Made by a program: the position numbers and the translations under genes
Assembly: GCF_009834535.1 (NCBI RefSeq)
Contig: NC_045705.1
Coordinates: forward strand, 71,982,001-72,046,000
Length of the DNA: 64,000 nucleotides
From: Camelus ferus
Taxonomy: Eukaryota
Reading direction: 5' to 3'
Shown here: piece by piece, positions 49,001-62,559 of the stretch
How the letters are laid out: each line of letters opens with the position of its first letter
Position numbering within the stretch: the stretch's first letter is position 1
Notes under the pieces: model-generated
Told to the model about the DNA's origin: nothing
What the model saw: only the letters and a program-made list of their open reading frames with translations
Database searches by the model: none

Positions 49001-52000
49001 AGGCACCCTGCTTCATGGGCCTGTGACCTTAACAAAGGGTTATGAAAATGCATGGGTGTGTTTTCTGATATTCAAGAGGAAAACTGCAGAATCAAAACTT
49101 TAGAACATGTTGAAAATGCGTGTGTACCCAAAGTCCACAAATGGAACCAGAGTGCTCTCTGGTGCATGGCCAGCACCCAGAACACAGTGACTCCCCATGA
49201 GACGCCCTCAGTAAACCCTTGTGATGAAAGAAATGCAGTCATTTGGAAACAAAGACTCTCCTCTAGATGGTTCAGCGATCAAAGAAGAAACCTAACTGGA
49301 AATTAGAAACACTCAGAAATGACAACACTGACAAGCACGTGGGACGCGGCCACAGTGTATTTCAGAAGAACCTGGTGTCTGAATGCGTTTCACCAGAGCA
49401 GCAAGAGAGCCTGACATCAGTGGGTCAGTCATGGACTTGGGAGGCGGGAGGCAGGAGGGCCAGACAGCAGAGGATCAGGAGAACACAGCGGGTGTCGGCC
49501 CAGGAGCTGGTCCTCCCCAAAGGCCCCGCGCCCACAAGCCTGTCCACAGGCCGTGGTGCAGGGACAGCTCCTGAGAAGCACAGGATGGAAGCCGTGCTCG
49601 CGCTCTCCTGCACGCAGGTCAGCACACAGGTGTCCTCACCTGACTGTGGAGGCCAGGAGCTGAGGCTCGGGAGGTGAGCGGGGGAGTCAGGGGACTTGCG
49701 GGTCCAGAACTCCTCGCCGCTTCGCTGCCTGGTGGCGGGTTCTCAGGGTTCATTTCTGCTGAGCTCATTTGGAGCACGGTGTGCACCTGGTCACCAGCAG
49801 AAAGCCGGCTGTGGTTGCTGGTCCCCACCACATGCGGACGTTCAGGTATGATGTCCGCTGGGCACCTGGACACTGTGGAATTCGGGGGAGAGTGAGGGGG
49901 GTTGGGGAGCCTTTGCAACTTAGGTTATTTATCAACTACAGGACAGGACCCTGAGGACTGCAGGGCTAGGCTGAGAGGAGGGGGTGCAGGTGGGCAGGGT
50001 GAGGGCGTTTGGGAGTAGGGGAGGGGCAGGGGTGGGTGAGGAGGGGTCCGCTCCCGGAAGGTCTAGAGTCCAGGGGCTCCCTCCACTGGCTGCTCTGCTC
50101 AGAGGTGCCCAGATCTCCGTCCCCTAGTCCCCAGAGATGCTCTGTGTTGGGTCCTCACACCCCGAGGGTCTGCCCGCTCGGTGGCGAGTGCCTGCCCACA
50201 GGCGCCGTCCTCCGCAGGACCAGCCCGGGATCCCGGCCTGCTTGGCGCTGATCGTCCGACCGCTTTCCTGAGACAGTGGATCTCGACCCGGGGGTGGGTA
50301 CTGAGAGACGGGGGCTGCTTTTCATCCCCTAAAACCAGGCGTGAGAGAAGCGAGGATGCATCAGAGGTCACTGTGCACATGCAGTGACCACGCATCCCTT
50401 CCGATTTGCTGACACCGAAAAGTCAAAAGTGCCCATTAAAACCAAAAGAACCCCCTCCTTGATCCCTGAATTCCGAGGTGAGCATGGTGCCCTGCGTCAC
50501 CTAACGGACCCCTGGGGAGCCAGGAATGGGGCTGGGGATGTGCGGAGGCCCGGCGAGGACTCCAGGCAGCCGGCACTTGCTCCCACGTCCAGAAGCTTGG
50601 CCAGCAGGGCTCCCACCCCAGGGCTCACTCCAAAGGGAGAGTCTCAGAGGAAGGCTCCCTCCACTGCTGCGTCTCTGTCTGCCTTTCTGTCTCGTCTCCT
50701 TCTCTCAAGTCTCTGTTTCCATCCTTCTCTCTGCCTCTTTCCATCTGTCTTGAATCCATGAGCTACTGAACTGAGCCTCGGTCCCTCCCTCTGGCGGGCA
50801 AGGCAGCGTCACCTGACCCTGTGGTGCCCCGCAAACTTCATCGTCATCTCTTATCCATGGATCCGTTATCACTGCAGGGAAGAACCAAACCCTTGTGGGG
50901 CGTGATGCTCGATGCCACGCCCCACCAGCTTTGGACCCCGTGTGCCCCGGGTCCCTGCTCTCCCCACGGCCAGCACCCCGCCTGACTGGACACATGGGCC
51001 TTTCCCTGGGGTCGGAGTTGGGGAGTCTTCTCTCTCCGCTCTCTTCAGGGCAGCCCTGCCAGTTCCGGCCACTTCCGCAAGGCCAGGAAACACAGATCGA
51101 TTGGGAAGGAACAAATAAAACTCGGTGCTTGCACAGGTCATGACTGACTGTAGACAATCTCAAGGTGTCAACAAAACCTCCTGTAGGAGGGAGCGGGCTC
51201 AGCAAACACACGCGTTGATGGGCTCCTCGGTGCTGCAAGGAACACGCGGAAACCAAACGAAGACACACAACGGTCCACGGCCACGCCCCGGAAAAATGGA
51301 ATTTACGCATGAGCATACCAGAGCGCGGACACAAGTGCATTAACTTGCCACTGGCTGACAAAGCGTTGTGGCAACGAGCTACCATAAAATCTGAGCAATA
51401 AAAGAGGTGCTTGCATTCTAAAGACTGCGTCCTAGACCTCTTTAAAGCAAGTCTTTCTGGCAAACAGGTGCCCAGGTCTCCCATTTGGGGGGGGATCCTG
51501 GACACACAAACTCCTGGTCCTTCAGTGCTGGCCACCGGCCGGACTCACTGGCCACATGGCCTTTTTTAACGCAGCGGAACAGAAGGAAAGAGAGTGTCTC
51601 ATCCCATCAGATGAGTCCTGCGTGCAGAAAGCCCAGGTCCACAGCAGAGCCCTGACACGGAGGCCAGCAGTCCCGAGGCAGCAGTGGGTCCAGCTGAGCT
51701 GTGAGCTCAAAAGGAGGCTTCCTCCCACTGACAGCCTCCTCGGGAAAAGCCACGTCTCCAAACGTGGCCCTTCAGGAAAACGAGGGCAGAAGAGCTGCCT
51801 GCGACCTGCCCTCCCTCCCGGGATCCAGGAGCAGAGCTGGCCCTCCAGCAGCCTGGCAGTCAGGCCCTGCCCAGGACGGGGCACCCTGCCCGCAGGACCG
51901 GTGCCTGGGTTTAAAATGAGCCTTTGCCCAAGTGCTTGCTCGGCTGGCTCTTGAGAAGTGCTCACCAGGCTGCTCTCCAGACCTCTCCTCCAAGGTGCTG

Positions 52001-52103
52001 GTAGCCATCCCCGTGCCCTGTCCACAGGCTGCCTCTCATGAACCCTTAGCCACAGGGCGCCTTCCTGTAGCTTCCCCGCACCTCCCTGGACACCTCGACA
52101 TTC

Positions 52104-52237
52104 CTAGGTGCCCTCACTCCTTTAACACTCATTAACCGCCAACTGTTGTGTGCTCAGTACAGAGCGAGGTGGTGCCCTCACTCCTTTAACACTTATTAAC
52201 CGCCAACTGTTGTGCGCTCAGTACAGAGCGAGGTGCC
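52104..52237. repeat. 64-bp tandem duplication (2 copies)
   Basis: ggtgccctcactcctttaacactcattaaccgccaactgttgtgtgctcagtacagagcga starts at 52107 and again at 52171, with 2 substitutions. Confidence 0.95.
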
Positions 52238-53818
52238 TCCATAGTTCCTCAGCGAAATGGTACAGCCTCCCCAGACCCACTTCCAGTGGAAACGGAGAAG
52301 GTTTTACTCTAGGAGATCCTGTTTCTCTTAAAGTCCTTCAGGGCCTTTGGGCAGAACAAAGGTCCTTGTGGGAGCTGACCCCACCTGGCAGGCACCAGCG
52401 GGCACTGACCCCGCCAGGAGGAGTGGGCTCCCCACCCCCTCCCGCAGGGTCCTCCGAGCCTGGCCTCCACTCTCTGTGCTCTGCTGAACTCTGGACCACC
52501 TGACCTGCACCTCCACAGGCCAATCTTTTCTTTTCCATTAATTCCCTTGCAAGTGCCTACCCACACGTGGGAATTTCAGACTCACGTAAATGTGACCTTC
52601 CCTGGGGTTTTAAAACTATGCCTCTTCCTTTCCATTTAGTGGCTCTGAAGGGAGCCTTCTCCTACCCCTGCACGCAGCAGCATCAGCCCCCTCCAAGAGA
52701 GCCCGTGCAAATGGTGTGTTATCTTCCCGACACGTCTCTGCAGCTGCGTGTGATTCCCCGGAGGCCGCTGTGCTCGGCCTGTGCACATGCAGGTGGTTGC
52801 TGGTTCACAGCAGGGCTCCGCACTTCATGGGGGTTAGCACTCACCCTCCGCCTCCCCGGGGCAGTCTCCCCGCCGCTCCCAATGTCGGGAGTGCACGCTG
52901 AGTGCTGACTGAGCAGTGCCAGGGTTCAGCCTCCCTGGGGCTGTGGCGGTGCTGGTGGGTGTCCAGCCGCCCTCTCCGTGTGGCTATCCCCTTGGCCCAC
53001 AGGCGAAGCTGCACCAGCATCACTGCATCCTCACGACGAAGCTCCTTTCTGCGGGGAGGCCCGATTCCCAAGAGAGAAGGTTCTTGGGCAAAGATCCTAC
53101 ACTTCAGTTTTACCAGCTGCCACCAGACTGCTTTCCAAACAGCTGGCCCTCTCGACAGCTCTACTCACATTAGTGTACAAATTTTTCCTTTGATGGAATT
53201 TGCTTTTCATGTCAAATCAATAAACTCTTTACCTAACTCCAGGTTAGCAAGGTTTTGGCCTGTGTTTTAATCTCAAAATTTCATACTTTCATATTTTACA
53301 TTTAGACCTATGGCCCATTGTTTGAGTTCATCTTTATGTAAGTTATGGGTTTAGATCAAGATTCCTTTTTTTTGCTGGTGATTATCCAGTTGTTCCCACA
53401 CTATTTGTTGAAAAGACACCCTTCCTCTCCCTCTGTGCCTTGTCAGATCAGCAGCCGTGTGCGTGAGGACCGATTTCTGGGCTCTGTCTGTTCCATCGAC
53501 TGCGTGCCCAGCCTTCAGCAACACTGCGCTGCGTTCGTCACTGCGACTGCGGAGCCAGTGTTCCAAGTGGGTAAGAGGACTCTACACTTTATGCTTCTTT
53601 TTCGTAATTGTTGCAGCAATTCTAATCCTTTCACCTTCACACATAAATTTTAGAATCGGCTTGTCTGTATCTACAAAGTCTTGCTGGGATTTTGATGGGA
53701 ATTGCAGTTAATCTATAGATCAATTTAAGGAGAACTGACACCTGTACCATGTTGAGGCTTTCCACCCATGAACATAGTATGTCTCTCCGTTTATTTGTCT
53801 TAAAATTTCTTCCTTGTT

Positions 53819-53994
53819 GGGGGGAAGGTATAGCTCAGTGGTAGAGTGCATGACTAGCATGTGTGTGGTCCTAGGTTCAATTCCCAGTACCGCCATTAAA
53901 TTTTTTAAAATTAAAATAAATAAATAAACCTCATTACTTCCCCTCCCAAAAGGAATCACTTAAAAAAAGAAATGCAAAAACTTAAAAAAAAAAT
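53819..53994 (+). mobile_element. tRNA-derived SINE, camelid Vic-1-like
   Basis: Head ggggaaggtatagctcagtggtagagtgcatg...gtcctaggttcaattcccagtacc with A and B boxes, followed by (TAAA)n cctcattacttcccc and an A-rich tail. Confidence 0.85.
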
Positions 53995-54936
53995 CTACCT
54001 TCAGAATTTCATAGTTTTCAACACAGAGAAATCCACTGCATGTTTTCTGCAGATATGCACCTAGGATTCGGTACTTTGGGAGCTATTCTATGTTTTATGT
54101 TTAAAATTCCTGGTTTCCAGTTTCGATCTTTCTGTTGTGATCTTGCATGCAACTCGTGCAGTTGTGCACCAGCTTTCCTCACACAGTCTCTGGAATTTTC
54201 TCTACAGATAATCACGTCGTCTGTGAATGAAGACAGTTTTATTTCTTTCTTTCCAGTCTATGTATTTCCATTTCCTTTTCACTGGAGTGGCCAGGACGTC
54301 CAGTATGATGTTGACTCAAGATGGTGAGAGTACACTTCTTTGTTTTGTTCCTGATTTCAGGGCTAGAGCCTCCACTTCTGTCATTACCTGTGACGTAAGC
54401 TGTAGGCTTCTTTGCATGACCCTTATCTGGCTAAGTTCCCCCCGATCTTACTCTACTGAGAGTTCGTGTCATGAATGGGTGTTCGATTTTGTCAAATACT
54501 TTTTCTGCATCAGTTGATATGATGTGTGATCATTTTCCTTAAACAATGAACGTGAGGGGTTGTGATGATAGAGTTCAAGTCATGACCCACTCTGCATTCT
54601 CAGGATACACCCCCTTAGTTGTGGTGCATTCTTCTTTTTGTGTATCGCAGAATTCGATTCGACATGTGCAGGACCCCGCAGTTACTCATGAGGGATGTTG
54701 TCTGTAGGTTTTTCTTTTTGGTATTCCCAGGTGTGGGAATCAGGACAATGCTTTCCTTAAAAGGTGAGTTGGGACACATTAGCTCCTGTTCTATTTTTCT
54801 GGAAGAGACTGAACAGTATTGGTGCCATTTCTTCTTTAGATGTTTGGTAGAATATGCCATTGACACAATCTTGGCCTGGGGATTTCTTTTTCAGTAGGTG
54901 TAACTACAAATTCAATTTTCAAAGTGGTTATGGGAC

Positions 54937-55700
54937 TGTGATATTGTGATTTATCATACATACGTATTTTGGACTTCATCCCAAAACTCTTTGAATTTCC
55001 TAAGAGCAACGGGAGCATCTTTTTACGACATTGGGTCTTTTGGCCTCAGTTCCTGAAATCCCCTCGGAGCCAGGAAGTGAGACGGGTGTCTTGATATCCA
55101 TAACAAGCCTCCCACGACCACGCGGAGTCTGTGTTAATGAGGTGACTCTAGGAAATCCCCCAAGGATGGGGGTATGGTGGCCAGGGGAACCACCCATGAT
55201 TAGAGGGGTGGAGCCTCCATGAAAACCCATAAAGGGGGGCGTTCAGAGAGCTTCCAGGTTGGCGAACCAGAACGGGTCCACGTGCTGGGCTCCAAACTCC
55301 GCAGGGACAGAAGCTCCTGTATTTGCAACCCTTCCAAACCTAGCCCTGTGTATCTCTCCTCTGGCTGTTCATCTGTACCCTTTAATATCCTTTGTAATAA
55401 ACCAGCAATCTAGTAAGTAAACTGGTATCCTGGATTCTGTGAACTGCCCTAGCAAATCAATCGAACCAGAGAAGGGGGTCGTGGGAACCTGCTCCTTGTC
55501 GTCTGTTGGTCACAAGCACAGGTGGCAACCTGGCTTGGCACCTGAAGTGGGGGCCGTCCCGTGGGACTGAGCCCTTGACCTGTGGACTCTGGTGCAATCT
55601 CCAGGCAGACAGTCAGAATTCAGCTGCATTTGTGGGACACCTGGTCAGGGCCTGTGAGAATGAACTCTTTGGTGGTGTGGAGAGGACACACACCCTAAGG
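54937..55700 (+). mobile_element. Solo LTR, MER21-like, inserted into L1
   Basis: Begins tgtgatattgtgatttat..., has an internal AATAAA (~55396), and L1 sequence resumes on both sides. Confidence 0.65.
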
Positions 55701-57250
55701 ACAGTGCCGGTTATCTAGTTCATCTTGAGTGAGTTTTATCATTTTGTCATTTCTCAAGAATTGGCCCATTTCATCTAAGTTCTCAAAGCTGTGTGTGTAG
55801 TTGTTCGTGGGTTATCCTTTTCATCCTTTTCATGTCTTTGAGGCTTACGGTGATATTGGTAAAGTATATCCTGTCTTTTACGCTTTCTGTATTGCTAGAG
55901 ATTTATCAGTGTAGTACTATTTTCAAAGAACCAGCTTTTGGTTTCCCTGATTTTTCCCTGCTGTTGTCAATTTTGTTGATATCTATTCTTATTTGTACTC
56001 TTTCTTTCCTTCTGCTTGCTGTGGGTTTATTTTATTTTATTGTACTTTATTTCCATCGTCATTGTGTTTCCTTAAGTTGGACGCTTGGTTAATTGACTGG
56101 AGACCTACTGCCATTTGTAATGTAGGCATTTAGTGCTGCTAATTTCCCTGTAAGCACTGCCTTATCTGCATCCCGTAAATTTTGAAATTTTATTTAGTTC
56201 AAAATATATTCTGATTTCCCCGGGACTTCCTCTTTGACCTATGAACATTTAGGAGTGAACGGGTTCACTTCTAAGTGTTTGGAGAATTTCATGGTATCTT
56301 CCTGTTAGAGATTTCTAGCTTTGTGTCATTACGTCCTATCACATGATTACAATTCTTTTAAATCTGCTGAAGTTTGAATCATGACCTAAGACAGGCACAG
56401 CTTAGTGAATGTGTCATGTGCACTCCAAGAGTGGATGCTGGGTACGTGTGTATGTGTACATGGATAGGTGTGTGCACGTGTGTGGTCAACGGTGTTGTTC
56501 TGTTCTGGATCTTTGTTTATGTTCTCTCCCCTTTTCATCAATTACAAGAGAGGAGCATTGACATGTCCAACCCTAATTGTGAGTCTGTCGAGTTCTCCTT
56601 TAAATTGTCAGTTTTTGCTTCCTGTATTGTGCGGCTGCAGTGTCAGGTGCACACACATTTAGTATTATTGTGTCTTCTTGATATGTTGGCCCTTTGTGGT
56701 TGTGTAACGTCCCTCTTTGCCTCTGGCGATCTTCTTTGCTCTGAAGTTGACTTTGTCTGGTATTAACACAGACTCTGCAGTTTTCTTAGTTACTGTTCAC
56801 ATACTGTATCCCCTTCCATCCTTTTATTTTTAAACTCACACTTAAAATGAGTTGCTTGTAGACAGTATATGGTTGGTTTTTCTTTTAAGTATTCCGACAG
56901 TCTCTATATTTCGAGAATTTTACGCGCATAGAGATAAACTGTCACTACTGTAAGGCAACAACACGCAGTTTTCAGAAGCATCTGACACTCCGCCACTGAG
57001 TGTGCTCAGCCCCGCTGCACTTAATGTAATTCCTGACATGTTTGCTTTTAAGTCTATCATTTTATTATTTGTTTTCACTTGTGCCTCTGTTTCTTGTTTC
57101 TGTGTTTACCCTCTTCTGCTTTCTTTTGGGTTGTGTGAACTGTTTTACGTATCCCATTTTTTTTTAATAGGCCATACATTCTATCACTTACACCCAGTTG
57201 TGACACAGAAGTAGTACATGTGCTTTTAGCAACAGACTTAGATCAAGAAA

Positions 57251-57341
57251 GTCTACGGCCACACCACTCTGAACGCGCCCGATCTTGTCTGCTCTCGGAA
57301 GCTAAGCTGGGTCGGGCCTGGTTAGTACTTGGATGGGAGAC
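57251..57341 (+). pseudogene. 3'-truncated (nt 1-91) 5S rRNA retropseudogene with 17-bp target-site duplication
   Basis: Matches 5S rRNA nt 1-91 with 5 substitutions (positions 12, 18, 36, 42, 58). agacttagatcaagaaa lies at 57234-57250 and 57338-57354. No poly(A) tail. Confidence 0.93.
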
Positions 57342-57739
57342 TTAGATCAAGAAATGTGACACATCAAGAGTAGTTTTACTCTGTGAAAGCTCCCCTAGAC
57401 AATTCTCCTTCTATCCCCAACACTGGGGGCAATGGTGTGGCTGGAAGTAAAACAGTAAATTTCAACACTGATAAGGAGACAAACATTTGGTAAACAGTTC
57501 TATTAGAAAGCATAGATTAAAAGTAACATTTCAGACAAAACCAAAAAATGATAACTATATTCATCAGTTTATGCAATCCTATGTAATTAACCCTAGGCAT
57601 CCCATTTTACTCGCATTGTTAATAAGATAACATCTCTGTGAAATATTTCAGTGGCGGCCCTAGGGATTACCATCGTGTATCTCTGCTTCAGGCCACGCAT
57701 ATAATAACCCAATATAGGTGGGCTGAAATCCTAACTGTA

Positions 57740-60300
57740 AAAAACGTATTTTAAAAAATATTTAGAAGACAAATCCAGCAACACAGAAAAAGGACCACAC
57801 ACCAAGATCAAACTGGATTCATTCCAGGATCACAAGGATGGTTCAACAGACGCACATCAATCAAGGTGATACACCACATCGGCAAAAGAATAGACAAATA
57901 TCACATGATCATGTCAACAGACGCAGGAAAAGCATTTGATAAAATTCAGCATCCATTCATGATACAAACTCTCAGCAGAGTGGGTACAGAGGGAACACAC
58001 TTCAACATAATAAAAGTCATTTATGACAAACCCACAGCCAACATAATACTGAACAGTGAAAAGCCGAGAAAGCCTTCCTGCTAAATTCTGGAACAAGACA
58101 AAGATGCCCACTCTCACTACTTCTATTCAACGTAGTACTGGAAGTTTTAGCCACAGCAGTCGACAAGAAAAAGAAAGAAGAGGTACCCAAATTGGGAGGG
58201 AAGAGGTAGTCACTATAAGCGACGACATGATACCATATAAAGAAAATCCTAAATGCTCCACACAAAGAACTACTAGAGCCGACCAACGAAGTCAGCGAGG
58301 GAGCAGGAAGGACTAACACACAGAGCCTGCTGCACTCTTTTACACTAATAATGAAATATCAGAAAGAGAAAGTGAAACAAGAATCCTGTTTAAAATCACA
58401 TCAAGAAAATAAAATACCCAGGAATAAACCTAACCAAGGAGGTGAGAGACTTACACACTGAGACTATAAAACGTGAATAGCGGAAAAGAAAGATGATTTG
58501 AGGAATTGTAAAGATATCCCACGCTCTTGGATCGGAAGAATGAATATTGTTAAAATGGCAATATTGCCCAAAGCAATCTACAGATGTAATGTGATCCCTA
58601 TCAAATTACCCAGGACATGTTTCACAGAACCAGAACAAATAATCCTAAAACTTATATGGAACCCTAGAAGACTCAGAATTGCCAAAGCAATACTGAAGAA
58701 AAAGAACAAAGCTGGAGGAATAACCCTCCTACACTTCAGACAATACTACAGAGCTACAGTAATCAAAAGAGTGTGGTATTGGCACAAAAACAGACACAAG
58801 GATCAACGGAACAGAATAGAGAGCCCAGAGACAAACCGACACACCTATGGTCAATTAATCTTTGACAAAGAAGACAAGAATATACAGTAGAGAAAAGAAA
58901 GTCTCTTCTGCAAGTGGTGTTGGGAAAACTGGACAGCCGTAAGTAATCAGTGAAGTTAGATCATTCCTTTATACCACACACAAGAATCAACTCAAAATGG
59001 CTTAGAGACTTAAACATAAGGCAAGACACCATAAAACTCCTAGAAGAGAACACAGGCAAAACCTTCTCAGAGATAAGTCGTATGAATGTTCTCCTAGGTC
59101 AGTCTCCCAAGGCAATAAAAATAAAAGCAAAAGTGAACAAGTGGGACCTAATCAAACTTACAACCTTTTGCACAGCAAAGGAAACCATAAACAAAACAAA
59201 AAGACAACCTACCGAGTGGAAGGAAATATCTGCAAAGGATGCAACTGACAAGCGCTTAATTTCCAAAATTTACAAAGAGCTCATATAGTCAATAACAACA
59301 AGAAAAAAACAANNNNNNNNNNNNNNNNNNNNNNNNNNNNNNNNNNNNNNNNNNNNNNNNNNNNNNNNNNNNNNNNNNNNNNNNNNNNNNNNNNNNNNNN
59401 NNNNNNNNNNNNNNNNNNNNNNNNNNNNNNNNNNNNNNNNNNNNNNNNNNNNNNNNNNNTGGCCATCCTCAAANNNNNNNNNNNNNNNNNNNNNNNNNNN
59501 NNNNNNNNNNNNNNNNNNNNNNNNNNNNNNNNNNNNNNNNNNNNNNNNNNNNNNNNNNNNNNNNNNNNNNNNNNNNNNNNNNNNNNNNNNNNNNNNNNNN
59601 NNNNNNNNNNNNNNNNNNNNNNNNNNNNNNNNNNNNNNNNNNNNNNNNAGATGAGAACTCTGATTTGAAAAGACACATGCACCCCAGTGTTCACAGCAGC
59701 AGTATTTACCATAGCCAAGACATAGAAGCAACATAAATGTCCACCAACAGATCAATGGTTAAAGAANNNNNNNNNNNNNNNNNNNNNNNNNNNNNNNNNN
59801 NNNNNNNNNNNNNNNNNNNNNNNNNNNNNNNNNNNNNNNNNNNNNNNNNNNNNNNNNNNNNNNNNNNNNNNNNNNNNNNNNNNNNNNNNNNNNNNNNNNN
59901 NNNNNNNNNTAAATAAGGAATCTAAAATATAGTAGAAATGAACTTACATTCAAAACAGAAACAGACTCACAGACATAGAAAACAAACTTACGGTTACCAA
60001 AGGAGAAGGGGGAGGGAGGGATAAATCAGGAATTTGGGATTAACAGATACACACTACCAAATATAAATCAAATAAACAACCAGCACACTATACAGCAAAG
60101 GGAGTTGTATTCAATATCTTGTAATAACCTGTAACGAAAAGTTACTCAGTTACAACTGAAGCACTTCGCTGTACACCTGAAACAAGCACAACATTGTAAA
60201 TCAACTGCAGTCCAGTAAAAATTTTTTTGAAAAGTAAAGAATTCAGGATAGTGGCTCACTTGGGTGGGGATGGGAAAGCAGAGGAATAAAATTAAGGAGA
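57740..60300 (+). mobile_element. 5'-truncated L1 (ORF2 RT region to 3'UTR), disrupted and containing N gaps
   Basis: Translated fragments [64 protein letters not shown], split by stops and frameshifts. Confidence 0.95.
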
Positions 60301-61004
60301 AATGTTTCAACTATTAAAAAAAAAAGTTTAGAATAAAAATATCTCTATGACCCTGGGTGGAGAAGGATTTCCCGGAGTTTAAGCCTTGGGACGAGGGAGG
60401 CGAAAGGGACGACTGTCAGACCCAGGCACCTGCACCCGGCGCTTCTGCAGAGAGAACCAAGGGCTCCCGGAGCCCTGGCCCCCAGAAAGGCAGGGCTGAG
60501 GCTGTGGAGGGACACGGCTGTGGAGGGACGCCCGGGGGCCTGCAGGGCTGCATGAGGATGTCCCAGTGGCGGGAGAGCCTGCGGTGGATTGGTGTCTCGC
60601 TTTCCCACTGCTAGGTTCCACCTTCGTGGCCCTCTTCATGCAAAATCAGCAAGCAGAAAATGGGTAAAAGAAAAAGGAATCAACTGAATGATGAGAAAAG
60701 AGAACAAGCAATACAGCATCCTTCTGCCCCACCTGTGTGTGCCCTTCTGTCCTGGTGGATGGTGACACAGTCCCAGGTGTGGCCGAGTGTCCTGCACAAT
60801 CTCCGTGGGTGGCAAGGCACCTGGCAGGGGTCTGCAAACAGACCCGAACGCAGAGCAGAAACAGTACAGAGTGTGCACACACCTGCAAACACCTGCGCTC
60901 ACACACACATGCACATGCATATACTGGCACCAGCACGGGCTGGCACACACCGTACAGTCGGTAACGAGTACTGCAGACGGGATTAAACAGCAGACGTTCA
61001 CCTT

Positions 61005-61250
61005 GCTGTCAGGAGGCTGGTGTCCGAGATCCTAGCGCAGCCCAGTAAGTTCCACTCTGAGGTCTCTTCTCTTGGCTGCAGGGGATGCCATCCCACCGCG
61101 GGGAAGGGGGGCAAACTCTCTGGCATCTCCTCCCACAGGGGCCTTCGTGACCTCACCTCACCCCAATCACCTCCAAGGGGTCCCACCTCCAAACCCCGTC
61201 TCACTGGCAGCTGGGCTACCACAAGTGAAGTTTGGGGAGACATGAACACA
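61005..61250 (-). mobile_element. MLT1-type LTR fragment
   Basis: gtcaggaggctggtgtccgagatc...aatcacctccaaggggtcccacctccaaac...gtttggggagacatgaac. Confidence 0.6.
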
Positions 61251-62559
61251 CTGACACACACCTGCACTGAAAAGAGTGAAATGAATGTACAACATTTTAG
61301 CAGCTTTCCTAAAAATGCAATTCTTGTGGTGGGTAAGGGAGTCGGTCCAGGAGTCAGGCTACTAGAGTCCTTCTGGTGTCCTGTGATGAATTCTAAACCT
61401 TAAAGCCAGATTCCAAGTCAAAAGAACCTAGTTTCTGCAGTGCACTTGGCATAAACATTACTTAGAGCCCATGTGAACTGAGCACGTACCTGCATCACAT
61501 CATGGGCTCCTCACCGCCTGGGAGCGGGGCTGCAGAGGTCCAGGATTACACATGAGCAAGCTTAGAGGCTTACAGGATCCTCCTCGGTCACCACAGGGCC
61601 GGGGCCAGCCAGTTCCAGGCCCGCCCTGTTACCCGAGCTCAGCCACCTCCTCCAAAGACAATCAGAAGACGGGGGAGACCTCAGTGGGCATGTGTGACCT
61701 CCGTCACCTTAGGCGTTGCCCCACTAGGACTCCGGGTGGCAGGTCTCAGCCTGGCTCAGCCCTCCCTCCTCCGAGGCAGTGACTGGGGCAGGCCTACAGA
61801 AGGCTCTCTTCCACAGTTTGTTGAAACTAATTTTATAATGTTAATGAAGGTCAGCATACTACGTCTAGAGAACAAGAAAGAGAAATTTCTATCAAAATTA
61901 ATAAGATAAAATTTCAGCACTTAAATAAATAGTTCTCAGAAAAGTCAGGTTTTTCTTGAGTATCACTCTCTCTCTTTTGCTCCAGCAGGAACCGGCCTCC
62001 TGGGCCAGGGCTTCCAGTACTGCCCTCTCAAGAGGGGCTGCCAGCTCTCCTGAAGTCTACCTGTCCTCCGTGCTCCTTACTGCTACTTCCAGACCTTCCT
62101 TTTCCTCCTCAGTTTTACTCAGCTGGCACTGTTATGTCCTTCAGCCAAGCATCACTTGTTTCATTCAGCCTGTGGACACCTGGCCACGCCCTCACAAGCT
62201 TCGGGTCCCCAGGTAACCCTCCCAGGCCTGGCCTTCCCTTCCCGTGCTTCAGACCGTCAGAGATTTCTATCTGTTCTGCTCGCTGCTGAATCCTCAGCAC
62301 CCACAACGCAGCGGGGCACACAGGAGATACTCAATACATATTCGGGAAAGAATGAAGTGGGTGGGACACCGAACTATTAACATTCATCCACAAAGTGGGA
62401 TGCATGAAACATCACCCGCAGATAACAACGTCGCCTTATGAACAAAGTTGCCATTTTCTTACGAAACTTTGTCTGACTCTGCATCTGAACCTAGGCATGC
62501 TGTCCATCTGTACTAGTCGGCGATGGTGGAACCCCGACGCCCACACTTTGCTGGGAGTC

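Larger units (their letters stand above)
53050..57200 (-). mobile_element. Antisense old L1 ORF2 fragments, interrupted by a SINE and an LTR
   Basis: ttttagaatcggcttgtctgtatctacaaag...gaattgcagttaatctatagatcaatttaaggagaactgac and similar stretches are typical antisense L1 ORF2. Confidence 0.8.

Noticed and set aside
50895-50925. Perfect 10-bp hairpin gtggggcgtg...cacgccccac
   Set aside because: About one such stem is expected by chance in 64 kb of GC-rich DNA.
53819-53895. tRNA gene
   Set aside because: It has A and B boxes but no proper acceptor or anticodon stems, and a SINE-type (TAAA)n/poly(A) tail follows.
57251-57341. Functional 5S rRNA gene
   Set aside because: It lacks the 3' ~30 nt and the T-run terminator, is a single copy, and is flanked by a TSD.
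57740-60300. Active L1
   Set aside because: 5'-truncated, with multiple stops and frameshifts in ORF2.
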